Below, piece after piece: positions 1 to 9,447 of a stretch of 15,204 nt of DNA (positions within the stretch are counted from its first letter, which is position 1; each line of letters opens with the position of its first letter). The stretch covers positions 1 to 15,204 of the forward strand of contig JAYWEM010000195.1 in the NCBI GenBank assembly GCA_043779265.1, given 5' to 3'. The stretch comes from a bacterium. GTDB lineage: Bacteria > Eisenbacteria > RBG-16-71-46. A model generated the notes under the pieces. That model made no database searches. It was given only the letters and a program-made list of their open reading frames with translations, and was not told the origin of the DNA. A program made the translations under genes and the position numbers.

Positions 1-20
1 CCCATGCCTGTCATCTCCAT
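1..20 (-). CDS. Possible 5' end of a divergent gene (MEMTGMG...), running off the window edge
   Basis: Minus strand reads GGGAGGG-TCAG-ATG GAG ATG ACA GGC ATG GG: an SD-like GGAGG followed by three in-frame ATGs (20, 14, 5). Only about 7 codons are visible. Confidence 0.35.
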
Positions 21-104
21 CTGACCCTCCCGAGGGAGGGTTACCTATCAGATGGCAGGACGATGGCCCCACGGGTGACATCTTAGATGGCTTGATGCGT
101 GACA

Positions 105-134
105 TTGACGTGACGTGCGGTCCGTTGCTAGCGT
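105..134 (+). promoter_or_regulatory. Putative sigma70 promoter for the membrane-protein operon
   Basis: TTGACG (105-110), 18-nt spacer, TAGCGT (129-134) with extended -10 TG at 126-127; lies upstream of the SD/TTG start at 191. Confidence 0.5.
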
Positions 135-190
135 CCGCTCGCTTCCGCAGGGATGTCGCACCCGATGTGGACTCGAACCGGGGAGGCTCG

Positions 191-1390
191 TTGCATCGCC
201 CTCGCACCGCTCGACGAAGTTGGTGGCTGTACGGATGTCTTGGCCTGGTGGCGTGGCTGGCCATCACGAGCAGCGCGTCCGCACAGGAGACGGAGCAGAT
301 CGCGAGAGCACCGCTCGCCCCGTCGGGTCTGACGTTCTCCGACATTCCGAATGACGCGGGCCGGGCCATCAGCCTGGCTTGGACGCTGTCTCCGGATGAC
401 ACCGCCGCCAATGGACTCGTGAGCAGCTATCAGATCGAACGCGGGGCGAGCCCGGCAGGTCCCTGGGAGGTCCTCGACACGCTGCTCGCGGGCGTGACGG
501 CCAAGACGGACAACACGCTGCGGCGCAACGAGCGCTACTTCTATCGGATCTCGGCGTTCGGACCGGGTGGCCTGACCCCCGCGGGCGCCGCCGCCGGGCC
601 CGCGATCGCGCGCTCGACTTGGTTCAACTCGACTCGGTGGAGCGTCCTGACGTTCATGGTGACGTTCTTCCTCTTCGTCCTCTACTACACTTCGATGGCC
701 CAGGCGGGGAAGAAACCGTTCGTCCGGCGCCTCGCGGGCATCGACGCCATCGAAGAGGCCATCGGTCGTGCCACCGAGATGGGCCGTCCGGTGCTCTACA
801 TCCCCGGCGTGACGGACATCGATGATATCCAGACCGTCGCAGGCTTGGTGATCCTCGAAAGCGTGGCCAAGATCACCGCTCGCTACGACACGCCGATACG
901 CGTTCCGGTCGCCTATCCGATTCCGTTCACGATCGCGCAGGAGATGGTGAAGAGCGGCTACCTGAATGCCGGCAGCCCCGAGCGATTCGAGCCCGATAGC
1001 GTGCGGTTCGTCTCTCCGGAGCAGTTCGCATATGTCGCCGCGATCAGCGGCATCATGCTTCGTGAAAAGCCGGCGGCCCATATCTACATGGGTGCGTTCT
1101 TCGCCGAGTCGCTGCTGCTCGCGGAGACCGGATTCTCGACCGGTGCCATCCAGGTGGCGGGTACCGCGAACGTGCACCAGTTGCCCTTCTTCGTCGTCGC
1201 GTGTGACTACACGCTGATCGGCGAGGAGCTGTATGCGGCGAGTGCGTACCTCTCGGGCGAACCCAAACTGGTCGGCGGCCTCAAGGGCGCCGACCTGCTC
1301 AAGATCCTCATCATCGTGTTCGTACTGGTGGGCAGCGGGCTGGAGTCAGCCGACATCCATTGGGTCTCGGACTGGGCCAGAACCCGCTAG
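191..1390 (+). CDS. Membrane protein with signal peptide, fibronectin type III-like domain and C-terminal DUF6754-type domain
   Basis: ORF track gives 92..1390. The likelier start is in-frame TTG at 191 (SD GGAGG 182-186), giving a signal peptide MHRPRTARRSWW...SSASA|QE. FN3-like pattern (AP..L....D.PND.G.AISLAW...YQIER...RYFYRISA), then a TM helix, RRLAGIDAIEEAIGRATEMGRPVLY...DYTLIGEELYAASAYLS and a C-terminal TM, recognised as DUF6754-type. Confidence 0.8.
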   Translation: MHRPRTARRSWWLYGCLGLVAWLAITSSASAQETEQIARAPLAPSGLTFSDIPNDAGRAISLAWTLSPDDTAANGLVSSYQIERGASPAGPWEVLDTLLAGVTAKTDNTLRRNERYFYRISAFGPGGLTPAGAAAGPAIARSTWFNSTRWSVLTFMVTFFLFVLYYTSMAQAGKKPFVRRLAGIDAIEEAIGRATEMGRPVLYIPGVTDIDDIQTVAGLVILESVAKITARYDTPIRVPVAYPIPFTIAQEMVKSGYLNAGSPERFEPDSVRFVSPEQFAYVAAISGIMLREKPAAHIYMGAFFAESLLLAETGFSTGAIQVAGTANVHQLPFFVVACDYTLIGEELYAASAYLSGEPKLVGGLKGADLLKILIIVFVLVGSGLESADIHWVSDWARTR

Positions 1391-1399
1391 GAGAACAGC

Positions 1400-2050
1400 G
1401 TGAAGCGTGAGTTGCCTCTGTTCCTGACGGCGGTGATCGGCTTGTTCATGATCCTGTCGTTCTTCGTCCCGCACCAGTGGGTGAGCGTGCCGGCCGACTT
1501 CCTGCAGCAGTGCGCCGTCATCGTGGTCGCGTTCGGCTACGTCCTCGGTGGCGCGAACGTGCTTCGCGTGAACCTCGACGGGATCTCACGGCGGCAGACG
1601 GACTGGCCGTACAAGATCGTGCTGGTGGTCGCCGTGTTGGGCACGATGTTCTTCGGATTCAAGGAGGGGTCGGGCTGGCAGGATCCTTCCACCGTCTCGA
1701 TGTGGATCTACAACCGGCTGTACTCGCCGATGCAGGCCACGATGTTCTCGCTGCTGGCGTTCTTCATCGCCTCGGCGGCGTTCCGTGCCTTCCGAATCCG
1801 CACGTTCGAAGCCGGCCTGCTCGCGATCGCCGCGCTCATCGTGATGCTCGGCCGAGTCCCGGTGGGCGATCAGATGACGGGCTTCCTGCCGGAATGGATG
1901 CGCCTCTCGAGCCTCCAAGAGTGGATCATGGGCAACCCGCAGAACTCGGCCAAGCGCGCCATCCTCATCGGAGCCGCGATGGGCGTGATGGCGACCGGTC
2001 TGCGCGTCATCCTCGGTATCGAGCGCTCCTATCTGGGCGGGGGGGACTGA
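1400..2050 (+). CDS. Uncharacterised integral membrane protein (~6 hydrophobic segments), DUF6754 operon member
   Basis: GTG start with SD AGGAG overlapping the upstream stop; 216 aa, strongly hydrophobic; GC3-rich codon usage; 9 nt after gene 1. Confidence 0.85.
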   Translation: MKRELPLFLTAVIGLFMILSFFVPHQWVSVPADFLQQCAVIVVAFGYVLGGANVLRVNLDGISRRQTDWPYKIVLVVAVLGTMFFGFKEGSGWQDPSTVSMWIYNRLYSPMQATMFSLLAFFIASAAFRAFRIRTFEAGLLAIAALIVMLGRVPVGDQMTGFLPEWMRLSSLQEWIMGNPQNSAKRAILIGAAMGVMATGLRVILGIERSYLGGGD

Positions 2051-2051
2051 C

Positions 2052-2885
2052 ATGAACCTCTCGTGGCTGGAGAAACTCGACCGTCGCTGGTTGTTCCTGA
2101 TCGTCGCGCTGCTGGTCCTGGGGCCGCTGCTTCGGCCCCTCGGACTGCCTCTGACGACGTCGGCTCCGGTGAAGCAGTTCCACGACACCGTGGCGGGTGT
2201 GCCGGATGGCTCGATCATCCTCCTGTCGTGCGATTACGACCCGGGCGCCAAGCCCGAACTCGTGCCGATGACCAAGACTGCGCTTCGCCAGCTGTGGGAC
2301 AAGCAGTGCAAGCTGGTGATCACGTGTCTGTGGAATGGCGGGCCGGGTCTGATCGATGCCACGATCGAGGAGGTCGCGAACGAGTATCGCGCCAAGGGCG
2401 TGCCTCTCGAGTACGGCAAGGACTACGTGTTCCTCGGATACAAGGCCGGCAACGAGGCCGTGATGGTGCTGATGGGGCAGGGCATTGCCAATGCCTTCCC
2501 GCGCGACCACCGCGGCAATGTCACCAGGAGCCTGCCGCTCATGACCAAGGTGCGTGACTACTCGACATTCCCGTTGCTGGTGAACATCTCGGCCGGCTAC
2601 CCGGGCACCAAGGAGTGGGTTCAGCAGGTGAACACCCGGTTCCAACTTCCGATGGTCTCCGGATGCACCGCCGTGAGCGCGCCCGAGTACTACGCGTATC
2701 TGCAGGCGGGCCAGCTCAGCGGGCTGCTGGGCGGCATGGCGGGCGCGGCGGAGTACGAAAAGATCCGTGAGGAGAAGGGCTCGGCCACCAAGGGCATGGA
2801 CGCGCAGTCATTGGCGCACATCTTCATCGCGCTCTGCATCATCATGGGTAATGTCGTGATGTGGACGAAGGGGGGCAACCGATGA
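2052..2885 (+). CDS. Uncharacterised membrane-anchored protein (N- and C-terminal TM, alpha/beta central domain); probable distant paralog of the DUF6754 domain
   Basis: ATG 1 nt after the upstream stop with SD GGGGGA; 277 aa; motifs DYDPG, DYVFLGY, GLLGGMAGAAEYE, GMDAQSLAH. Confidence 0.85.
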   Translation: MNLSWLEKLDRRWLFLIVALLVLGPLLRPLGLPLTTSAPVKQFHDTVAGVPDGSIILLSCDYDPGAKPELVPMTKTALRQLWDKQCKLVITCLWNGGPGLIDATIEEVANEYRAKGVPLEYGKDYVFLGYKAGNEAVMVLMGQGIANAFPRDHRGNVTRSLPLMTKVRDYSTFPLLVNISAGYPGTKEWVQQVNTRFQLPMVSGCTAVSAPEYYAYLQAGQLSGLLGGMAGAAEYEKIREEKGSATKGMDAQSLAHIFIALCIIMGNVVMWTKGGNR

Positions 2886-3550
2886 CATCCGATTTCGGCG
2901 TCTGGGTTGCGGCTCTGCTCACGCTCTTCGTCTTCTCGTTCCTGTACAAGGACAACCCGTTCTACAAGTTCGCTGAGCATCTCTTCGTGGGGGTCTCGGC
3001 GGGCTACTACATCGTCCTCAACTTCTGGACGGTGATCTACACGAACCTGTGGAACCCGGTCGTCGCGGCGTTCGCCGGAGGCCTTCCCGGCGGTCCGTTC
3101 GCGGCCTCTCAGGGCGACTATCGCGCGTGGTACATCCTGCCGGGGATCCTCGGCTTCCTCCTGTTCACGCGCCTCTCGAGCAAGATCGACTGGATGTCCC
3201 GGTGGTCGCTGGCCGTCATCATCGGCGTCTACGCGGGCCTCAAGACGACGGGCTTCGCGCAGGGCGATCTGGTGGAGCAGGTCGCCGCCAGCATCCAGCC
3301 GCTGTGGATCCCGGGCGACCTGCTGGGCTCGATCGACGCGATCATCTTCACGGTCGGTCTCATCGCCTCGCTGCTCTTCTTCTTCTTCAGCCGCGAGCAC
3401 AAGGGCGCCCTCGGAGCCGCCTCGAGGCTCGGCGTGCTGTTCCTGATGGTGAGTTTCGGTGCCGGGTACGGCTACACCGTCATGTCGCGAATCTCGCTCC
3501 TGATCGGCCGCTTCCAGTTCCTGCTGGAGGACTGGCTCGGGATGAAGTGA
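2882..3550 (+). CDS. Uncharacterised integral membrane protein (~6 TM), DUF6754 operon member
   Basis: Start placed at ATG 2882 (ATGA overlap with the upstream stop; ORF track starts at 2861); 222 aa; motifs SFLYKDNPFYKFAEHLFVGVSAGY and FLMVSFGAGYGYTVMSRISLLIGR. Confidence 0.85.
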   Translation: MTSDFGVWVAALLTLFVFSFLYKDNPFYKFAEHLFVGVSAGYYIVLNFWTVIYTNLWNPVVAAFAGGLPGGPFAASQGDYRAWYILPGILGFLLFTRLSSKIDWMSRWSLAVIIGVYAGLKTTGFAQGDLVEQVAASIQPLWIPGDLLGSIDAIIFTVGLIASLLFFFFSREHKGALGAASRLGVLFLMVSFGAGYGYTVMSRISLLIGRFQFLLEDWLGMK

Positions 3551-3580
3551 GCCTCGAACAAAGCATCGAGTCTGTCCGAC

Positions 3581-3612
3581 GCCCCCGGCCGCGAACGCGC
3601 GCCGGGGGTTCT
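3581..3612 (+). terminator. GC-rich hairpin, possible weak terminator or RNA-stability element after the membrane operon
   Basis: GCCCCCGGC (3581-3589) pairs with GCCGGGGGT (3601-3609); only a short T-tract (TTCT) follows. Confidence 0.35.
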
Positions 3613-3626
3613 CGTCAGGTGGCGGC

Positions 3627-4385
3627 ATGAGGCTCCATGTCGATTCCCCGGCCGCTGTCGGCGAGCAGATGGCCATCGATCGAGCGGCGTTCGAGCGTGC
3701 GATGCGTGTAGGCCTCGCCGGGCCGGTGTTGCGGCTGTTCCGCTTCGAACCCGCTGGGATCACGCTCGGGGCGTCCCAGGTGGCGGAGATGGAACTCGAC
3801 CTCGCGCGCTGCACCGAGGACGGCGTCGCCTGGGCGCATCGCCCGACGGGCGGACGAGCGATCTTCCACGGCGAGGAGTGGACGTTCTCCCTGCTGGCGC
3901 GGCTCGGCGACGGGGGATGGGCGGCCGATGCGCGTGCCGCGTATCAGCGGACCAACGCGTTGATCGGCCGGGCACTGGTGAGGCTCGGCGCGCCGGTCGC
4001 GCTCGACGAGGGGAGCGCGAAGGGTGTGGGCGCGCCGCGCAGCCGTGGCGGGGCTGCGCCGCCTTGCTTCGCCACGAGTGCCAGGCACGAACTGACTCTG
4101 GGGGGGCGCAAGTGCGCCGGTATCGCGCAACGCGTGGGGCGCTGCCATGTATTGCAGCAGGGGAGCCTGCTCATCGGGCCCGGGCATGAACGCTTGGCGG
4201 ACTACGCGGCTGGACCGCCGGAGAGACAGGACGAACTGCGGGAATCGATGCGTCACTCGTCGGTGGAGATGGGCCCGTGGATCGGGGACGGTCGCACGCT
4301 CGATGACCTGGCGGAGGCGATCGAAGCCTGTTCGGAGGGCCCCGTTCGTCGGACACAGGCCGCGTCGGTCCGCTTGCCCCACTGA
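3627..4385 (+). CDS. Lipoate/octanoate-protein ligase family protein (BPL/LplA/LipB catalytic domain, LipM-like, no C-terminal LplA domain)
   Basis: Family motifs QMAID, LRLFRF.P..ITLG.SQ, HRPTGGRAIFH, CF, GRKCAGIAQR (catalytic Lys) and LQQGSL; 252 aa. Confidence 0.85.
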   Translation: MRLHVDSPAAVGEQMAIDRAAFERAMRVGLAGPVLRLFRFEPAGITLGASQVAEMELDLARCTEDGVAWAHRPTGGRAIFHGEEWTFSLLARLGDGGWAADARAAYQRTNALIGRALVRLGAPVALDEGSAKGVGAPRSRGGAAPPCFATSARHELTLGGRKCAGIAQRVGRCHVLQQGSLLIGPGHERLADYAAGPPERQDELRESMRHSSVEMGPWIGDGRTLDDLAEAIEACSEGPVRRTQAASVRLPH

Positions 4386-4434
4386 TCGAGGGTCGATTCG
4401 GTCATCGTCTCGGCGTTCTTCCGGGCCATCGTGA

Positions 4435-4464
4435 CTGTCGCTCCCTCGAATGGCTCTCTATACT
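4435..4464 (+). promoter_or_regulatory. Possible promoter for the ABC transporter operon
   Basis: Good -10 TATACT (4459-4464) about 50 nt upstream of the start; the -35 match is poor (CTGTCG). Confidence 0.3.
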
Positions 4465-4512
4465 GCGCCGCGTCTTGTCGATCTGTGTGTCTTGGCCCCG
4501 AGGGAGGACCTC

Positions 4513-6339
4513 ATGCGTCATCGAATCGTCGCCGCGTTCGCGGCCCTGTCACTGCTCGCCCTGATCGCCGGTTGCGGCGGGGGTGCGGCTCCGCGCTCGG
4601 CGTGGGTCGATTCGAACCCGCTGCCGCAGGACACCATGATGACGCCCATGAACGAGATCGGCGTGCACGGCGGCCGTTTCGTGATCGGTGCGACCTCGAG
4701 TCCGAAGACGTTCAACGCCCTCATGGCGAATGAGACGTCCACGACCGACGTCATCCGCTTCATGTTCGTCGCGCTGACCGACATCGACTACAAGACCCAG
4801 CAGGACCGGCCGCTGCTCGCCAAGTCGTGGGAGGTCAGCCCGGACGGCCTGACCTACACGTTTCACCTGCGCCGCGGTGTGCGGTTCTCCGATGGCACGC
4901 CCATCACGAGCGCCGACGTGAAGTTCAGCTTCGATGTCGTGATGGACCAGACGCTCCACCCGTCCATGCAGGACGGCCTGACCATGACGGTGGCCGGCAA
5001 GCGCGTCGCCTACACCTACAGCGCTCCGGACAGCCACACCTTCGTCATCAGCTCGCCCCGCGTGGATGCGCTGATGCTGGCGCATGTCGGCTCCGTCTAC
5101 ATCATGCCTCGGCACTCCTTGATCCGCGCCTTCGAGAGTGGGGACTACGCCTCGATCTACGGCACCAACACGTCGCCCGACAGCATCGTCGCCAGCGGCC
5201 CCTACCGTCTCAAGGAGTACGTGCACGATCAGCGGACGATCATCGAACGGAACCCGCACTGGTTCGGCGTCGACGCCAACGGGCAGCGTCTGCCGTACCT
5301 CGACCAGATCGTGTACGTCGTGGCCAAGGACCAGGACGTCGCCGCGCTGCGCTTCGAGCAGGGCGAGCTCGACGGGCTCGACAACGTGAAGCCCGAGAAC
5401 TACGCCTCCTATGTGGACAAGGCCAAGGGAGGCGACTTCGTGTTGCACGACATCGGCCCATCGTTCAACACGAACTTCTTCTGGTTCAACCTCAACATCG
5501 CCAAGCAGGACGGCCCGGACCGCAAGAAGGGTCGGCCCATCGTGGACGCGGTCAAGTACAGCTGGTTCAACCAGCGCGACTTCCGCCGCGCCGTCTCCCA
5601 TGCCATCGATCGTGAGGCGCTGATCAAGGGCCCGTTCCAGGGTTTCGCGATCAAGGGTTGGTCGACCATGACGCCCGGCAACGCCCGTTGGCACGACCCC
5701 GCGTTCCAGGGCGCCGACTTCGATACGGCGGAGTCCAAGAAACTGCTCGCTGGTCTCGGGTTTGCGGACAAGAACGGTGACGGCATCCTCGAGGATACGA
5801 AGGGCAACCCGATCCGATTCACGATGATGACGAACGGCGACAACCGCATCCGCGTCGACATGCTCAACTTGATCAAGGATGACCTGCGCAAGGTCGGTAT
5901 CGACATGCTGCCGACGCCGCTCGACTTCAACACGCTCGTCACCAAGTTCCGCAGTGACTTCACCTACGAGACCGCGCTGCTGGGCCTCGGCTCGGCCGTT
6001 CCGTCGGACCCGGGCATGGGCATGAACGTGTGGAAGTCCTCGGGCCTGACCCACTACTGGAATGCCAAGCAGGTGACGCCCGCGACACCGGAGGAAGCGC
6101 GCATCGACGCTCTGATGGAAGCCAATGTCGGGACGTCGGACTACGAGGAGCGCCGCAAGTCGTTCCGGGAGGTCATGGCCATCGTCAACGACCAGGCCTG
6201 GGTCGTGTGGCTGCCGGTCCAGAAGATGATGCTGCCCGTGCGATCGAAGTTCGGAAACGTCGACCCGAGCCCGATGCCGCATCGCATCCTGTGGAACGCG
6301 GACGTGATCTACGTGAAGCCAGGCGCGGGCAAGCGCTAG
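4513..6339 (+). CDS. oppA: Peptide/nickel ABC transporter substrate-binding lipoprotein (SBP family 5, OppA/DppA/AppA-like)
   Basis: Start at ATG 4513 (SD GGAGG 4503-4507), lipobox LIAG-C; family-5 signature LAKSWEVSPDGLTYTFHLRRGVRFSDGTPITSADVKFSF; SGPY; FRRAVSHAIDR. Opp versus Dpp/App specificity cannot be resolved. Confidence 0.93.
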   Translation: MRHRIVAAFAALSLLALIAGCGGGAAPRSAWVDSNPLPQDTMMTPMNEIGVHGGRFVIGATSSPKTFNALMANETSTTDVIRFMFVALTDIDYKTQQDRPLLAKSWEVSPDGLTYTFHLRRGVRFSDGTPITSADVKFSFDVVMDQTLHPSMQDGLTMTVAGKRVAYTYSAPDSHTFVISSPRVDALMLAHVGSVYIMPRHSLIRAFESGDYASIYGTNTSPDSIVASGPYRLKEYVHDQRTIIERNPHWFGVDANGQRLPYLDQIVYVVAKDQDVAALRFEQGELDGLDNVKPENYASYVDKAKGGDFVLHDIGPSFNTNFFWFNLNIAKQDGPDRKKGRPIVDAVKYSWFNQRDFRRAVSHAIDREALIKGPFQGFAIKGWSTMTPGNARWHDPAFQGADFDTAESKKLLAGLGFADKNGDGILEDTKGNPIRFTMMTNGDNRIRVDMLNLIKDDLRKVGIDMLPTPLDFNTLVTKFRSDFTYETALLGLGSAVPSDPGMGMNVWKSSGLTHYWNAKQVTPATPEEARIDALMEANVGTSDYEERRKSFREVMAIVNDQAWVVWLPVQKMMLPVRSKFGNVDPSPMPHRILWNADVIYVKPGAGKR

Positions 6340-6342
6340 GCG

Positions 6343-7311
6343 ATGCGCACCTACATTCTCCGCCGTCTCCTGCAGACGATTCCGCTGCTGCTGGGGATTT
6401 CCGCGCTGACGTTCGTGCTCCTCCAGGCGGCGCCAGGGGATTTCCTCAACATGATGGCGGAGAATCCGGCGATCTCGGCCGAGACTCTGGAGCAGATGCG
6501 GAAGAACTTCGGTCTCGACCGCCCCTGGTATGTGCAGTACTTCGTCTATCTCAAGAACATCTTCCTTCACTTCGATTTCGGACAGTCGTTCTCACGTCAC
6601 CAGCCCGTGTTCGAGGTGCTCAAGCAGGGTCTCGCCAACACGCTGTTGCTCGCCTCCGCTGCGATGGTGATCACGTGGGGGCTGGCCATCCCGCTCGGCG
6701 TTCTGGCGGCGGTCAAGCAGTACTCCCTCCAGGACAAGGCGCTGTCGCTGATCGCGTTCGTCTGGCTGAGCATCCCCGAGGTGCTGTCGGGGCTGCTGCT
6801 GTTATTCCTGGCGGCGCAGACGGGCTGGTTCCCCCTCGGCGGCATGACCTCGCTCGATCATGACCTGATGCCCCCGATCCAGCGCTTCTGGGATCTGCTC
6901 CGTCATCTGGCGTTGCCGGCGCTCGTGGTCGGCCTGGTCCCGCTCGCGGGACGCATGCGTCAGATGCGAGGCAACCTGCTCGATGTGCTGCGGCTCGACT
7001 ACGTCACCACGGCGAGGGCCAAGGGCCTCGACGAGCATGTGGTCATCTACAAGCACGCGTTGAGGAACGCACTGAATCCGCTCATCACGCTGTTCGGATT
7101 CACGCTCGGCTCGCTCGTCTCGGGTTCGTTCGTGGCGGAGTTCATCTTCTCGTGGCCCGGTCTCGGCAGCATCACGCTCGAGGCGCTCAACACCCAGGAC
7201 CAGTACCTGGTGATGGGGGCCGTGCTCATGGCCTCGACCGTGCTCGTGTTGGGGAATCTGATCGCCGACCTGCTGCTCGCGGTCGTCGATCCGCGCATCT
7301 CCTATGACTGA
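6343..7311 (+). CDS. oppB: Peptide ABC transporter permease (OppB/DppB family)
   Basis: YILRRLL...PGD...FGLDRP..VQY; EAA-like loop DYVTTARAKGL; HALRNALNP; FSWPGLG; DPRI C-terminus. Confidence 0.95.
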   Translation: MRTYILRRLLQTIPLLLGISALTFVLLQAAPGDFLNMMAENPAISAETLEQMRKNFGLDRPWYVQYFVYLKNIFLHFDFGQSFSRHQPVFEVLKQGLANTLLLASAAMVITWGLAIPLGVLAAVKQYSLQDKALSLIAFVWLSIPEVLSGLLLLFLAAQTGWFPLGGMTSLDHDLMPPIQRFWDLLRHLALPALVVGLVPLAGRMRQMRGNLLDVLRLDYVTTARAKGLDEHVVIYKHALRNALNPLITLFGFTLGSLVSGSFVAEFIFSWPGLGSITLEALNTQDQYLVMGAVLMASTVLVLGNLIADLLLAVVDPRISYD

Positions 7312-8424
7312 GCCCATGCTGGCCACGACTCCTCCTGAGGCGCCGCGTCGATCGCTCACGCCCGGCCAGATCTTCTGGCGGCAGTTCCACCGGAACTCGC
7401 TCGCGGTGGCCGGACTGTGGCTTCTCGGCCTGCTCTACGGTATGACGCTCCTCGCGCCGTTCCTCGCGCCCTACAGCGAGAACTCGATCGACCGCACACG
7501 TTTCTACCATCCACCGACGCCGCTGCGTTGGGTGGATGCCGATGGCCGATTCCATGCGATCCCGTTCATCCACCCGACGCGGGAGATCGCGACCAGCCGC
7601 TACGAGGAGGATCGGACTCGGACGCTCCCGATTCGATTCTTCGTCCAAGGCGAGCCCTACAAGTTGTGGGGCATGCTCCCGATGGACCGCCATCTCTACG
7701 GAGTCGAATCGGGCGAACGCATCTTCCTGATGGGCGCCGATCATCAGGGTCGATGTGTGTGGACGCGCCTTCTGTTCGGCGCCCAGATCTCGCTCAGTGT
7801 CGGACTGATCGGCATTGCGATCTCGTTCACGCTCGGCATGCTGCTGGGTGGCATCTCGGGCTACTTCGGGGGATGGATCGACACGATCGTGATGCGTTTC
7901 GTCGAACTGCTGTTGAGCATTCCCGGGCTCTATCTGATCGTCGCACTGCGTGGGGTGTTCCCGAACGACCTGCCGAGCGAGCAGATCTACCTGGCGATCA
8001 TCGCGATCCTCGCCTTCATCGGGTGGGCCGGATTGGCGCGTGTCATCCGCGGCATGGTGCTCTCGATCCGCAAGGCCGACTACATCGCCGCGGCGGAGGC
8101 GCTCGGGATGTCGAGAATGCGCATCATCATCCGACACATCCTCCCCAACACGCTCTCGTACGTCATCGTCGCGGCCACAATCGCGGTTCCGGGCTACATC
8201 CTCGGCGAGGTGTTCCTGTCGTTCCTCGGCGTCGGGGTGCAGGAGCCATCCGCCTCGTGGGGCAACATGCTCAATCAGGCGAGGTCGCTCGCCGCCCTCC
8301 GCTACTATCCGTGGATGCTGTTCGTCCCCGGCGTGGCCATCTTCTTGACCGTGATGGCCTATAACTTCTTCGGTGACGGGTTGCGCGATGCTCTCGACCC
8401 GCGCAAGACCCCGGGAGGCAAGGG

Positions 8425-8428
<4 letters not shown>
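7304..8428 (+). CDS. oppC: Peptide ABC transporter permease (OppC/DppC family) with a long periplasmic insert
   Basis: [20 protein letters not shown] loop [38 protein letters not shown]; overlaps the oppB stop. Confidence 0.95.

Positions 8429-9439
<1,011 letters not shown>

Positions 9440-9447
<8 letters not shown>

Noticed and set aside
75..105. Direct repeat GTGACAT (75-81, 99-105) near the promoter
   Set aside because: Only 7 nt in two copies; it could be an operator but cannot be distinguished from chance.
92..190. ORF-track start of gene 1 at 92 (and similarly extended starts at 2861, 4450, 9425, 11198, 13152, 13714, 13938, 14528)
   Set aside because: Downstream starts have SD sequences or stop/start overlaps and give proper N-termini (signal peptide, lipobox, family domain start).
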